DNA of 50,844 bases from an uncultured Pleurocapsa sp. (GTDB lineage: Bacteria; Cyanobacteriota; Cyanobacteriia; Cyanobacteriales; Xenococcaceae): assembly GCA_938015355.1 (NCBI GenBank), contig CALLPS010000180.1, forward strand, positions 1 through 50,844, written 5' to 3'. The position numbers and the translations under genes were made by a program. Within the stretch, counting starts at the first letter, position 1; each line of letters begins with the position of its first letter. Below, in pieces: positions 28,028 to 37,196 of the stretch. The notes beneath the pieces are model-generated. The model saw only the letters and a list, made by a program, of their open reading frames with translations. It searched no databases and was not told the DNA's origin.

Positions 28028-28741
28028 TTAAGCGGATAAAATTTCAGACGCGGTAATTTTAAATTCTGAGAATGTCGCAGAACAGATCGCCTCATCTTTT
28101 GTAAATACAGTTTTGATGTAACTCCCCTTATCTAAGACCAGGACTGTTATCTTTTGTTCAATGGGGTCAACAATCCAGTATTCAGGAATGCCTGTATTTT
28201 GATACTCAATTGCTTTGTCTGTGTAGTCTCTAGATATCTGCTCTGCACCAGGACTAAGCACTTCTACAGCTAGCATCAAACCATCTTCAATAACGGCACT
28301 TTTGTGCCGACGGTAGCTTTTCCAGACTTGACCATCAATAACTGAGATATCGGGAATCCTTGATGAATTCATCCCCGTTCTGACTCCTACGTCCCCAGTC
28401 TTGACCTTAATATCTAGTTTGTATTGACGGGCGATCTCTTTAAAACAATCGGCAATGAAATCAATAATATCTGAGTGTAAAAAGCTAGCTGGGGGCATCT
28501 CAATTAAAATTCCATCAACCAATTCGTAACGTTTATTCGTGCCGTCGTCATAACTTAAATATTCTTCAAAAGATATTTTTTTGGTGGGAGTAGTAACCAT
28601 TGACTTATTAGCTTTACTCTTATTAACTGCACCCAAATACTTGATGGTTCGCTGTTTTACCTTGCCATCTTTGTCTCGGTAGCCTTCAACTAAGTATTGG
28701 TATTCTTTACCCTTCACCTTTTTGGTGCGGATATATGCCAT
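28028..28741 (-). CDS. Uma2 family endonuclease with an extra basic N-terminal domain
   Basis: YELVDG, RIPD, AVEVLSPG, GIPEYWIVDP; preceded by about 47 aa MAYIRTKKVKGKEYQYLVEGYR...QRTIKYLG. Confidence 0.88.
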   Translation of the reverse strand: MAYIRTKKVKGKEYQYLVEGYRDKDGKVKQRTIKYLGAVNKSKANKSMVTTPTKKISFEEYLSYDDGTNKRYELVDGILIEMPPASFLHSDIIDFIADCFKEIARQYKLDIKVKTGDVGVRTGMNSSRIPDISVIDGQVWKSYRRHKSAVIEDGLMLAVEVLSPGAEQISRDYTDKAIEYQNTGIPEYWIVDPIEQKITVLVLDKGSYIKTVFTKDEAICSATFSEFKITASEILSA

Positions 28742-28746
28742 ATCAA

Positions 28747-28773
28747 GTTGTGCCTAACTTGTTGTGCCTAACT
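28747..28773. repeat. 13-bp direct repeat GTTGTGCCTAACT x2 just upstream of the Uma2 fusion start
   Basis: Copies at 28747-28759 and 28761-28773. Confidence 0.85.
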
Positions 28774-28941
28774 ATTTTATCAAATTTAAATATTTCGTAC
28801 GATTTTACGTCTAGCGTGTAAACGAAGTGAGGAAAGCAAACAACTTTAGCGTCGCAGTAGTTCACATTTGATGATTGAGATCGCAGCGAATAAGAGATAT
28901 GCCGATTATCCTCAGGCTAGATAGCAATTTTTTTTTAGAAT

Positions 28942-30450
28942 ATGAACGATATCTCTCAATGGTACGAGATTTTGGGTGTTAGTCGTACTGCATCACCTAA
29001 AATAATTAAAGCAGCCTATCGTGAATTAGCTCAACTTTGGCATCCAGATCGTTATATTGATGACCCTGAGCTCAAGGCGCGGGCTGAGATAGAAATCAAG
29101 GAAATTAACCAAGCCTACTCGGAAATTAAAACTTATCTAGCAGAAAAGATCAGCGATACTTTCCAGCCTGATCATCATCGCGCCAAAATACATAAGACTA
29201 AACAGACTCCTGAATTTTATTATCAGCAGGGAGTCATCTTAGCTGAAGAGCAAAATTATGATAATGCACTCTTCAGTTTTGCTCAAGCGATTAAGCTTAA
29301 TGCTAATTATTTGGAGGCTTATCAGTATCGGGGTTTTATTCTCTCTAAACTGGGTTTCAATCTTCGAGCAGATGCCGAGTTTAAGAAAGCGCACCAAATC
29401 AAGCTAAGAAGCAAGATAAAACAACCTCAGCATCATCGACATCATCAATATGCTTCCTCTGGCAATCAGCAATCTTCTGAGGCATTTACAGAGCAATCTA
29501 CAGAGCAATCTACAGAGCAATCTGGGGTTCAGATGCAAACCAGTCTACCTCTCAAATACTGGCAAACTATTGGTGTTACTAATCAACCCTGCAAAAGTTT
29601 AGTCATTGGACAAGCTGGATCTATTGCTGGCATCAATGGTAGTAAGGACATTGAGCTATGGCAAGGCAATACGGGACAACCCCTCGGTAGTTTACAAGGT
29701 CATACTGACACAGTTAGTTGTCTGGCTGTAAGTCCTAGTGGTCAGACCTTAATTAGTGGTAGCAAAGATCTAACGATCAAGTTTTGGGACTTGAGGACAA
29801 AGAAGATTAGAAGGACTCTTAATGGTCAATTTGATGGTCATCTCAGCGAGATTACGACCCTGGCAGTTAGTCCAGATAATCAGATTTTACTTAGTTGCGA
29901 TCAAGATAATTCTCTCAAAATTTGGGATATCAACCATGCCAGGGTTATCAAAAATATTTCTTTTTCAGCTAATGTAACTTGTCTGGCAATCAATCCCAAT
30001 GGTCAATTGTTTTGCAGTGGTGGATTAGAGCCACAAATTAGAATCAGGCAAATTAAAGACGGACAAGTGATACGCTCTATTAACAATAATTCTGGCGTAA
30101 TGTCCTTAGCTTTTAGTCCTGACGGCAAGTTACTCGCCACAGGAGGGTTTAACCGCAACCTTAAACTCTGGGAGATAGCTACAGGAAGACAAATTCATAC
30201 TTTTATAGGACATAGCGATCGCATCTCTAAAATTATCTTTAGCAACGATGGCAAAACCCTGATTAGTAGTAGTTGGGATCAGACAATTAAGCTTTGGGAA
30301 TTAACTACGGGGAAGGAGGTGGCGACGATACAAGCTCATTGCGATCAAATTAATTCTATGGAGATCGCCTCTAATAATCAAATGTTAGTTAGCAGCAGTA
30401 GTGATCGCACTATTAAATTATGGCAGTTTGAAACTCCCCGCTATAAATAG
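28942..30450 (+). CDS. DnaJ-TPR-WD40 protein
   Basis: WHPD J-domain, TPR pair, several GH...WD repeats; in-frame 12-bp repeat (TEQS x3) at 29488-29523. Confidence 0.9.
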   Translation: MNDISQWYEILGVSRTASPKIIKAAYRELAQLWHPDRYIDDPELKARAEIEIKEINQAYSEIKTYLAEKISDTFQPDHHRAKIHKTKQTPEFYYQQGVILAEEQNYDNALFSFAQAIKLNANYLEAYQYRGFILSKLGFNLRADAEFKKAHQIKLRSKIKQPQHHRHHQYASSGNQQSSEAFTEQSTEQSTEQSGVQMQTSLPLKYWQTIGVTNQPCKSLVIGQAGSIAGINGSKDIELWQGNTGQPLGSLQGHTDTVSCLAVSPSGQTLISGSKDLTIKFWDLRTKKIRRTLNGQFDGHLSEITTLAVSPDNQILLSCDQDNSLKIWDINHARVIKNISFSANVTCLAINPNGQLFCSGGLEPQIRIRQIKDGQVIRSINNNSGVMSLAFSPDGKLLATGGFNRNLKLWEIATGRQIHTFIGHSDRISKIIFSNDGKTLISSSWDQTIKLWELTTGKEVATIQAHCDQINSMEIASNNQMLVSSSSDRTIKLWQFETPRYK

Positions 30451-30568
30451 GATGACTAATTAGTTGCTAACCTACCAGTTTTGAAGTTATACCTGATATT
30501 AAATTGGCAATTCACTATTTAGGCTTTCCTTATCCTTGATCTCCCAACTCCTAAATTATTATTAGAAG

Positions 30569-31222
30569 ATGAAATATAAAGACCTGCAAAGAAGAGTGCA
30601 GCAATATCAAGTTGCAGGGTTAGTAACAGTTAAATTAAATTCTTCTCTAGCCGTTTTAGAGGCTGAGTATCAACGCTGCTTGCAATTAGGACTGTCTCAA
30701 AGTGACTTAGAGAGATTAGCCGCGATTAAAAACTTTGAATATTTAGAGCTTATTTCCTGCGTAGAAATTCAGGCTCATCCCGATCGCTTTCCCCTAAGAA
30801 TTATCAAGGCTAAAACTTATGATTTAGGGCAGGTTGATAGTCTGACAGAATTAAAATTGGCTTTTCCCATTTTCAACCAAAGGCAATATGATTTCCGTAC
30901 CAAAAAGTCTTGGTCACAATGCGCCTATTCTATTGATAATTTGACTAAGGATTCTCAAGAGTTTGCTCAATTCAAGCAAGATATTGAAGCTTTTATCATT
31001 GCACTCCAACAGCAGCAGTATCACCAGCTTAAAGGAAAGACAGCCGTGGAAGAAGCCTATGATGATCTAGCTAACTATATTAGCTGGTGGAAAGGGGCAC
31101 AGTGGGAATATACTCTAGCCACTAAAGTCTCTACTTTGGATTTATTGAAACGAGCTTGGTTGGAGCAATATTTAGCTCAACATGACTTAAGCCAACTATT
31201 GAAATATGGCTCAATTGAATAA
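30569..31222 (+). CDS. Hypothetical protein
   Basis: 217-aa ORF with host-like composition; no family recognised. Confidence 0.6.
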   Translation: MKYKDLQRRVQQYQVAGLVTVKLNSSLAVLEAEYQRCLQLGLSQSDLERLAAIKNFEYLELISCVEIQAHPDRFPLRIIKAKTYDLGQVDSLTELKLAFPIFNQRQYDFRTKKSWSQCAYSIDNLTKDSQEFAQFKQDIEAFIIALQQQQYHQLKGKTAVEEAYDDLANYISWWKGAQWEYTLATKVSTLDLLKRAWLEQYLAQHDLSQLLKYGSIE

Positions 31223-31269
31223 GCTAAGTTACGATATCAAACCAGTTGGAGGATAATTATCTAGTTATT

Positions 31270-32079
31270 ATGACTGTCACGAAACCCATTAAGCCACAAA
31301 ACAGCCTACAGGCAATTATTCAAACCTGGAAAGATCAAATTATCTGTTTTCCACCTCAAGGAGATGGATATGATGCCCATTTTGTTGATTCTAGGGATGG
31401 TAGTCTCGTCAATTATATTCGTGCCAACTGTGATGAATTACGTCATTTGGGAACAAATTATAATTCTTTACTTAATAAGATAAAAGAGCAATTTTACGGT
31501 TATTTGAAAGAGGCTATTCTTAATACAATTAAATATGAAGCCACTAGGCGAGTTGTCCGCAAACAGCATGAATGGATTCAATCTAGCTATAAAAAAATTA
31601 TTGAACAAAAGGAACTTAATGCTGAACAGCAATCTCTAGAAATTGAACAGTTAAGGCAAATTGTTGGGGAGCAAAAGCAAGAAATAGCTGCCGTCAAAAG
31701 TGAATGTCGTAGTCAGCTAGCAGCAATTCAGGCAGAGGCTTTATTAAAGAAAAAATCAGCAGAAATTGAACAGAAAAATCAAGAGATAGCTCGGTTAAAT
31801 CAACAACTACAAGATTGCGATCGCGAAATTAATACCCTTAAGTCTGAATTAAGCAAAGGCTTGTATGAATTGAAGCTTAAATATAAAGGGTTAATTACTC
31901 AGGTTATTATGAGCAGTATGGAAAAGCAGCAGCTAAACAACCAAAATAAAAGTCTTCAGGCTTGCAAAAATATCTTTATGAAAGCCCAAAATAAAATTAA
32001 TTCGTTACAGTGCGAAAATAAATTGCTCCAGCAAGAAAATAAAATACTTCAGAGTAAAGTCAAACTACTAAAAGTTTAA
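31270..32079 (+). CDS. Hypothetical coiled-coil protein
   Basis: Long Q/E/K/L heptad tail; ATG at 31270 preferred over TTG at 31246. Confidence 0.65.
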   Translation: MTVTKPIKPQNSLQAIIQTWKDQIICFPPQGDGYDAHFVDSRDGSLVNYIRANCDELRHLGTNYNSLLNKIKEQFYGYLKEAILNTIKYEATRRVVRKQHEWIQSSYKKIIEQKELNAEQQSLEIEQLRQIVGEQKQEIAAVKSECRSQLAAIQAEALLKKKSAEIEQKNQEIARLNQQLQDCDREINTLKSELSKGLYELKLKYKGLITQVIMSSMEKQQLNNQNKSLQACKNIFMKAQNKINSLQCENKLLQQENKILQSKVKLLKV

Positions 32080-32324
32080 ATTAAGTCCTATGGGGCGATA
32101 ACAATTCATAAATTCTGTGGATTTAACTTATCATATTTATAACTGAATAGCCAATATTTGTTCTTTCTGATCATTCGCATAAATATCCTTTTAGTAGTCG
32201 ATAAAGTCTAATAAAATAATAGAGAAAAAACAAGAATGAGGGTAAGGCTATATAGTCCCATTCTTTGGACGTTGGAGAAAGAACAAAATGATATATAGAA
32301 GGAGCTTCGTTCAAATTGAATTGG

Positions 32325-33428
32325 TTATTGAAGAAACCTAAATTTCCTAGTTTGGAAATTAACTTTAATCACTTGAATCAAGTATTTTATTTTATTTGAA
32401 GTGAATTTAAATCCTTGTAAATTGAATAAATGCCATTGAAATGCTAGAGCAACATCAAACCTATTCCGAAACAGAAAGTTAGATATTTCCTTTTTAGATA
32501 GCTTAATTTTAAGATGGCTATCTATTTCTGTCCAGACAAAATCTGGAATCTCTATACCGAAAAGAGTATGAACTAAATAAAGTCCCAAATAAAGAACTAA
32601 TTGACGATCAATTGCTTGAGCAATGTACAATAGCTTTTTCCAGTCTAGAGTTTGAGAGCAAATCAATTCAGACAGATCACAAATACGATTAAGGGTACGC
32701 CAGTGTTCTTTTGCTCCTTCTAGGCAAAGATAAATTGCCATATACTCAGGGGTAAAAATAGACATTTCCTGACCAGCCAAAGAAAATGTCGTGAGGTTAT
32801 CCCAAAAGGGTGCAGAATCTACTGAAACAAAGTGATTACGTGGAGAAAATGCATAATGTAAATCGACACAGAATAAGGTGTTTGGCTTATTGTATTGGGC
32901 TTGCCTAACTCGTTGAGAATTATTTGTGGGATGAGGTTTATAGCCAAACTGAACTAATAGTTCTTGAGCCTTGGTAAAATTCGCTTCTGGAACCACAATA
33001 TCAATGTCACTAAAGGTTCTTAAGCCAAAATTGCTATATGCTTGTCTTGCTAATACAGCTCCTTTGAGAGGAATTGCTGGGATTTGATGTTTGCGATATA
33101 GGTCTAATATCTTTAGTAATTCAGCAGTCAGTAATAGGTTCTTTTGCACATTAATCTGGTAAAAACGAACAAAAGATGCTCGAATATCTTCTGGAATTGT
33201 TTGGGGAGCAATCTTATCTAGATTAAAATGAATCAAAGCTAGTACTTTATGGCTAATAGACATTTCCCGTAAATATGACCAGTTAATTTCTGATTCTAAC
33301 CATAGCTTGATCTGATGTTGATTATTTTGAGCAGCTCTACTTGAAGCACACTGTAAAATTAATTCAATTTCTGGGGGAGAAGAGTTGATTTTTACATTGG
33401 ACGTAGATTTAAAAATAGTTAAAGACAT
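32325..33428 (-). CDS. Nucleotidyltransferase family protein (NTP_transf_5-like)
   Basis: IPLKGAVLA...Y...LRTFSDIDIVV, VDLHY. Confidence 0.88.
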   Translation of the reverse strand: MSLTIFKSTSNVKINSSPPEIELILQCASSRAAQNNQHQIKLWLESEINWSYLREMSISHKVLALIHFNLDKIAPQTIPEDIRASFVRFYQINVQKNLLLTAELLKILDLYRKHQIPAIPLKGAVLARQAYSNFGLRTFSDIDIVVPEANFTKAQELLVQFGYKPHPTNNSQRVRQAQYNKPNTLFCVDLHYAFSPRNHFVSVDSAPFWDNLTTFSLAGQEMSIFTPEYMAIYLCLEGAKEHWRTLNRICDLSELICSQTLDWKKLLYIAQAIDRQLVLYLGLYLVHTLFGIEIPDFVWTEIDSHLKIKLSKKEISNFLFRNRFDVALAFQWHLFNLQGFKFTSNKIKYLIQVIKVNFQTRKFRFLQ

Positions 33429-33465
33429 TATATTTAGTTAATTTTTTTTAAAAATAAAAATTTGA

Positions 33466-35283
33466 TTAACGATAATTTTCAGCTTGAATATTAAATAAAC
33501 GAGCATAAGTTCCCCGTTGTTCCATTAATTCTTGATGGGAACCACTCTCAGCAATTGAACCTTGATCCATTACATAAATGCGATCTGCCATTTTGACTGT
33601 AGATAAACGATGGGTAATTAATATTGCCGCTTGATCTTTGACTAATTCACGGAATTTACAAAAGACTTCATATTCTGCTTTAGGGTCCATGGCGCTAGTC
33701 GGCTCATCTAAAACAATGATTTGTGAATCTCTCAGAAATGCCCTGGCTAATGCTATCTTTTGCCATTGACCAATGCTTAATTCTTCTCCTGTATCAAATA
33801 GTTTGCCTAGCATCGTGTCATAACCTTGAGGCAACTTAGTAATTACTTCATGAGCCCCAGAATGTTTTGCTGCTCCTAAAATACTAGGATCTTTGGCTGC
33901 AACTTCAATATTCCCAAGGCGAATATTTTCCTCAGCAGAGAAATGATACTTGGCATAGTCTTGAAAAATGACACTGACTTGACGACGTAGATCAGCGATT
34001 TGAAATAGCCGAATATCCACCCCATCAATAGTGATATTGCCACTGGTAGGATCATATAAACGACACAGCAGCTTAATCAAGGTAGTCTTCCCCGAACCAT
34101 TTTCTCCGACTAAGGCAATTGTTTCCCCTGGTTTGATGGTTAAATTAATATTTTTTAAGGCTTGGCGGGCGGAATCAGCATAACTGAAATTGACGTTATT
34201 AAAAACAATTTCCTGGTGTATTTTCCCTGGCATGATTTTCGGATCTTCAGGTTCCATTACTCTCGGTTTGAGATCGAGGAATTCGTAAAGATTAGCCAGA
34301 AACAGATTGTCTTCGTAAAGTCCAGAAAAGCTGCTGAGAGTAGCTTTTAGGTTATTTTGTCCTCGCTGTAATGCTTGATAGTAAAGAACTAGATCCCCTA
34401 GTAATAAAACCCCCTGGATGGTTTGATAAATAATATAGGCAAAAATTGTAAAAACAATCATTCCCGCAAAAGCTTGAGCTAAGAAAAAAGCCAGAGATCG
34501 CTTGGCGGATAAACTCAACTTTTCTCGATATAGTTTACGCCTAATTTGCTTATATTCCTGGCTAAACCAATAGCCCAAATCAAACAGCCGCACCTCTTTG
34601 GCAAACTGTTGATTGGTTAACATCCAGCCTAAATACATCGATTGTCGCTCAAGCTGAGTACGTCGGCGCTGCCAACTGTACATAATGCGAGAATATTTAG
34701 TTCTCACTAATACCGCAGGGATGGTTGCTACTAACAGCAAGCCAAGAATTCCCCAGTGTAGGGAAATGAGTAATCCCACCATTGCCACGAGAGAAATAGT
34801 ATTTTGTCCCGCTTGAGCCAAACGATTGAGAATTTGAGGAGGACGATAGGGTGCTTCCTGTTGTGCTCGTTGAAGAGCATCATGATATTTCGCATTTTCA
34901 TAGTATTCTAGATCCGCCTCCACCGACTTGCCATGGATAATTCCCTGCATATAGTCGGTAACCTGTTGGGAATGAGCCGTATTGACTAATTCTGTTAGAG
35001 ATTGACAGAGACTATTGAGGATCGTTGCCAAGCCCGCAACTATAATCAGAGGTACTACTTGCTCAAAAACTTGTTGAGGATTAGTATTCTGTAAATTAGT
35101 AGTGACAGTATCAATAATTAACTTAGCTAAATAGATCATTGCCAGAGGTAATAATCCCTGGAAGATAACCAACACGATGCGAGCAATTGTCCAGCCAGGA
35201 CTACTTTGCCAAACCAAACGTAGAGCAGGTAGAAAGCGAAATGCCACTTTAAGCTTATTTATAATAGTTTGACTGACTTTCAT
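33466..35283 (-). CDS. ABC exporter (TMD + NBD)
   Basis: N-terminal TM helices, GENGSGKTT, LSIGQWQKIALAR, LDEPTSAMD. Confidence 0.93.
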   Translation of the reverse strand: MKVSQTIINKLKVAFRFLPALRLVWQSSPGWTIARIVLVIFQGLLPLAMIYLAKLIIDTVTTNLQNTNPQQVFEQVVPLIIVAGLATILNSLCQSLTELVNTAHSQQVTDYMQGIIHGKSVEADLEYYENAKYHDALQRAQQEAPYRPPQILNRLAQAGQNTISLVAMVGLLISLHWGILGLLLVATIPAVLVRTKYSRIMYSWQRRRTQLERQSMYLGWMLTNQQFAKEVRLFDLGYWFSQEYKQIRRKLYREKLSLSAKRSLAFFLAQAFAGMIVFTIFAYIIYQTIQGVLLLGDLVLYYQALQRGQNNLKATLSSFSGLYEDNLFLANLYEFLDLKPRVMEPEDPKIMPGKIHQEIVFNNVNFSYADSARQALKNINLTIKPGETIALVGENGSGKTTLIKLLCRLYDPTSGNITIDGVDIRLFQIADLRRQVSVIFQDYAKYHFSAEENIRLGNIEVAAKDPSILGAAKHSGAHEVITKLPQGYDTMLGKLFDTGEELSIGQWQKIALARAFLRDSQIIVLDEPTSAMDPKAEYEVFCKFRELVKDQAAILITHRLSTVKMADRIYVMDQGSIAESGSHQELMEQRGTYARLFNIQAENYR

Positions 35284-35351
35284 AAACCTGGTTTATGCTC
35301 CATGAAATAACTTGATAGCTGATAATTATGAGCAATATTTGTGGCGCAAAT

Positions 35352-36644
35352 CTAAGGAAGAGTATAGCTAAGAATATCTCCCGAATTTGCGATCGCTTCT
35401 CCCACATCTTGTCCCAATCCGAAATAGAAAGTATTGTCTAAATACTCGAAAGAACGAGCTTTATTAGTACTCTCAAAACTGATTATTTCTTGCCAAGCTT
35501 GCTGATCCTGGGGTTGATTAGTTTTAAATATATATATAGTAAACTTTTCTGGGGCATTTTTCTTATTAGCTAAGACATATAATTCATCTTCAATTAATAT
35601 TAAATCTTCCCCGATCGCTTGATGGGGTAATATAATTTCTTGGGGAGATTTTCCCATATCTGATTTTAAATACAGACCAAGAGAATTAAAATATAATTTA
35701 CGTGCTTCTTGGAGACTAATTGTGTTAGAAAAAGATCTGGCAGCATAAATTAAATTACCTTGATATTCTATTGGTTGCCAAATTTGATAAATTGTATCTA
35801 CTCCATGTTTACCCTGGTTTAAATCAAGATTCTGTTGTGGAATAAATTCTTCATTACTTAAACTAAAATCAAGAGCAAATTCCTGATTCTGAGTATCGTA
35901 AACTGCAATACTTCCTGGATAGTTACCAGTATCTCGCAGTAAAGAATTAATTGCATAAATTTTATTTTGATAGTTAAATACTGTAAAAAACCAATCAAAA
36001 CCAATAAATATAACCTCTCCCGTATCTGGCAGATTATTAACTATAACTGGCTGAAAAGAAGCACCTTGACCATTAGTAATTGCTGCCCCTGGAGTTGCCT
36101 TTTTTCCCTGAGTCGGGGGACGACTATTACCGACTAAAAGTAAGCTTTGTCCAACTTTAATTAAGTCACGAACATGAGCTAGCCTAACTGTGCGATCGCC
36201 AAAAGGTAACCAATCACCAGCTATTTCTTTACGATAAAATTTACTAATATCAGCATCTCGCGGATCGGCAGCAGGAATATATAATTGATCATCAATTAAT
36301 TTAAATCGTAAGATCGCTTCTTCGGGAATAGTGGTTTCTTTAATAAACGATTGACTAGGAGGATTATAAGCCCAAACATTCATTGGACCCTTATTTGTAC
36401 TAGTATCACCGCCACCAACATAAATCTTACCGTCAAAAACCTGGAGATCCCAGACATTAAGTGCCCTTCCCTGTTTACCATCAGTTAACATTGGATTACC
36501 TAGTCTGACCACTGTTTGAGGATCATTACTTCTAATACTTCTTTGACCCCACAGAAGTCCCATCATTAAGCAACAGCAGAAGAGTAAAAGTAATTTAGAT
36601 AGTTTAGATATTTTAGATGGTTTCGGTAAATATTTTTGAGGCAT
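35352..36644 (-). CDS. Uncharacterised exported protein, probably beta-rich or propeller-like
   Basis: Basic plus hydrophobic N-terminus; repeated strand motifs (FDGKIYVGGG, IDDQLYI, YQNKIYA, YQGNLIY, IEDELYV, LDNTFYFG). Confidence 0.65.
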   Translation of the reverse strand: MPQKYLPKPSKISKLSKLLLLFCCCLMMGLLWGQRSIRSNDPQTVVRLGNPMLTDGKQGRALNVWDLQVFDGKIYVGGGDTSTNKGPMNVWAYNPPSQSFIKETTIPEEAILRFKLIDDQLYIPAADPRDADISKFYRKEIAGDWLPFGDRTVRLAHVRDLIKVGQSLLLVGNSRPPTQGKKATPGAAITNGQGASFQPVIVNNLPDTGEVIFIGFDWFFTVFNYQNKIYAINSLLRDTGNYPGSIAVYDTQNQEFALDFSLSNEEFIPQQNLDLNQGKHGVDTIYQIWQPIEYQGNLIYAARSFSNTISLQEARKLYFNSLGLYLKSDMGKSPQEIILPHQAIGEDLILIEDELYVLANKKNAPEKFTIYIFKTNQPQDQQAWQEIISFESTNKARSFEYLDNTFYFGLGQDVGEAIANSGDILSYTLP

Positions 36645-36731
36645 TAGCTTAAATTGCGATCGCCCAAACGATAAATATTGATAATTGCAAATATGATTGG
36701 AGTCTGGAGATTAATTGAGTATGATCGAAGA

Positions 36732-36812
36732 GGCAAGGACGATCTGGTTATCATCGTGTTTGAGCTATCGTTAAATAAATCAACCTTGATCTACCTGTTG
36801 ACCGTCCTTGCC
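36732..36812 (-). terminator. Stem-loop downstream of the 63-aa precursor
   Basis: GGCAAGGACG (36732-36741) and CGTCCTTGCC (36803-36812) form a perfect 10-bp inverted repeat. Confidence 0.5.
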
Positions 36813-36852
36813 AACCAACTATTAACTAGTTGATATTGCCTATTACAGCAAT

Positions 36853-37044
36853 TTAGAAACTACCAACAGTTACGGTGTCAATGTCACCAGCACCAACGAC
36901 CGTAGCAACCTCACCAACACCGACAACAGTAATAGTGATAGTGTCTCCACTACCAGGTATTTTACCGACAGTGACTTGCTCTGTAAGTTGTTCTACTGAA
37001 CCGTAAGCGGTTAGGGTAGGTGTATTCCAAGTTTTTTTGTTCAT
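36853..37044 (-). CDS. Lasso peptide precursor, 63 aa
   Basis: Leader WNTPTLTAYGSVEQLT fits W/YxxPxLxxxGxxxxxT; GAAGGAG RBS; follows a cyclase gene. Confidence 0.88.
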   Translation of the reverse strand: MNKKTWNTPTLTAYGSVEQLTEQVTVGKIPGSGDTITITVVGVGEVATVVGAGDIDTVTVGSF

Positions 37045-37196
37045 TTTTACTCCTTCGGGGTAAATTAGTGATTAGTTTTTGGTGTGATAACACCTTATGT
37101 AAAAGTTCAGATATATCGGGATAGGTTAAGCCTAAAAATACTTATAAAAAATAAAATAAATAATCAACAATAAAAGGTGACAACCGTTGCTACCCC

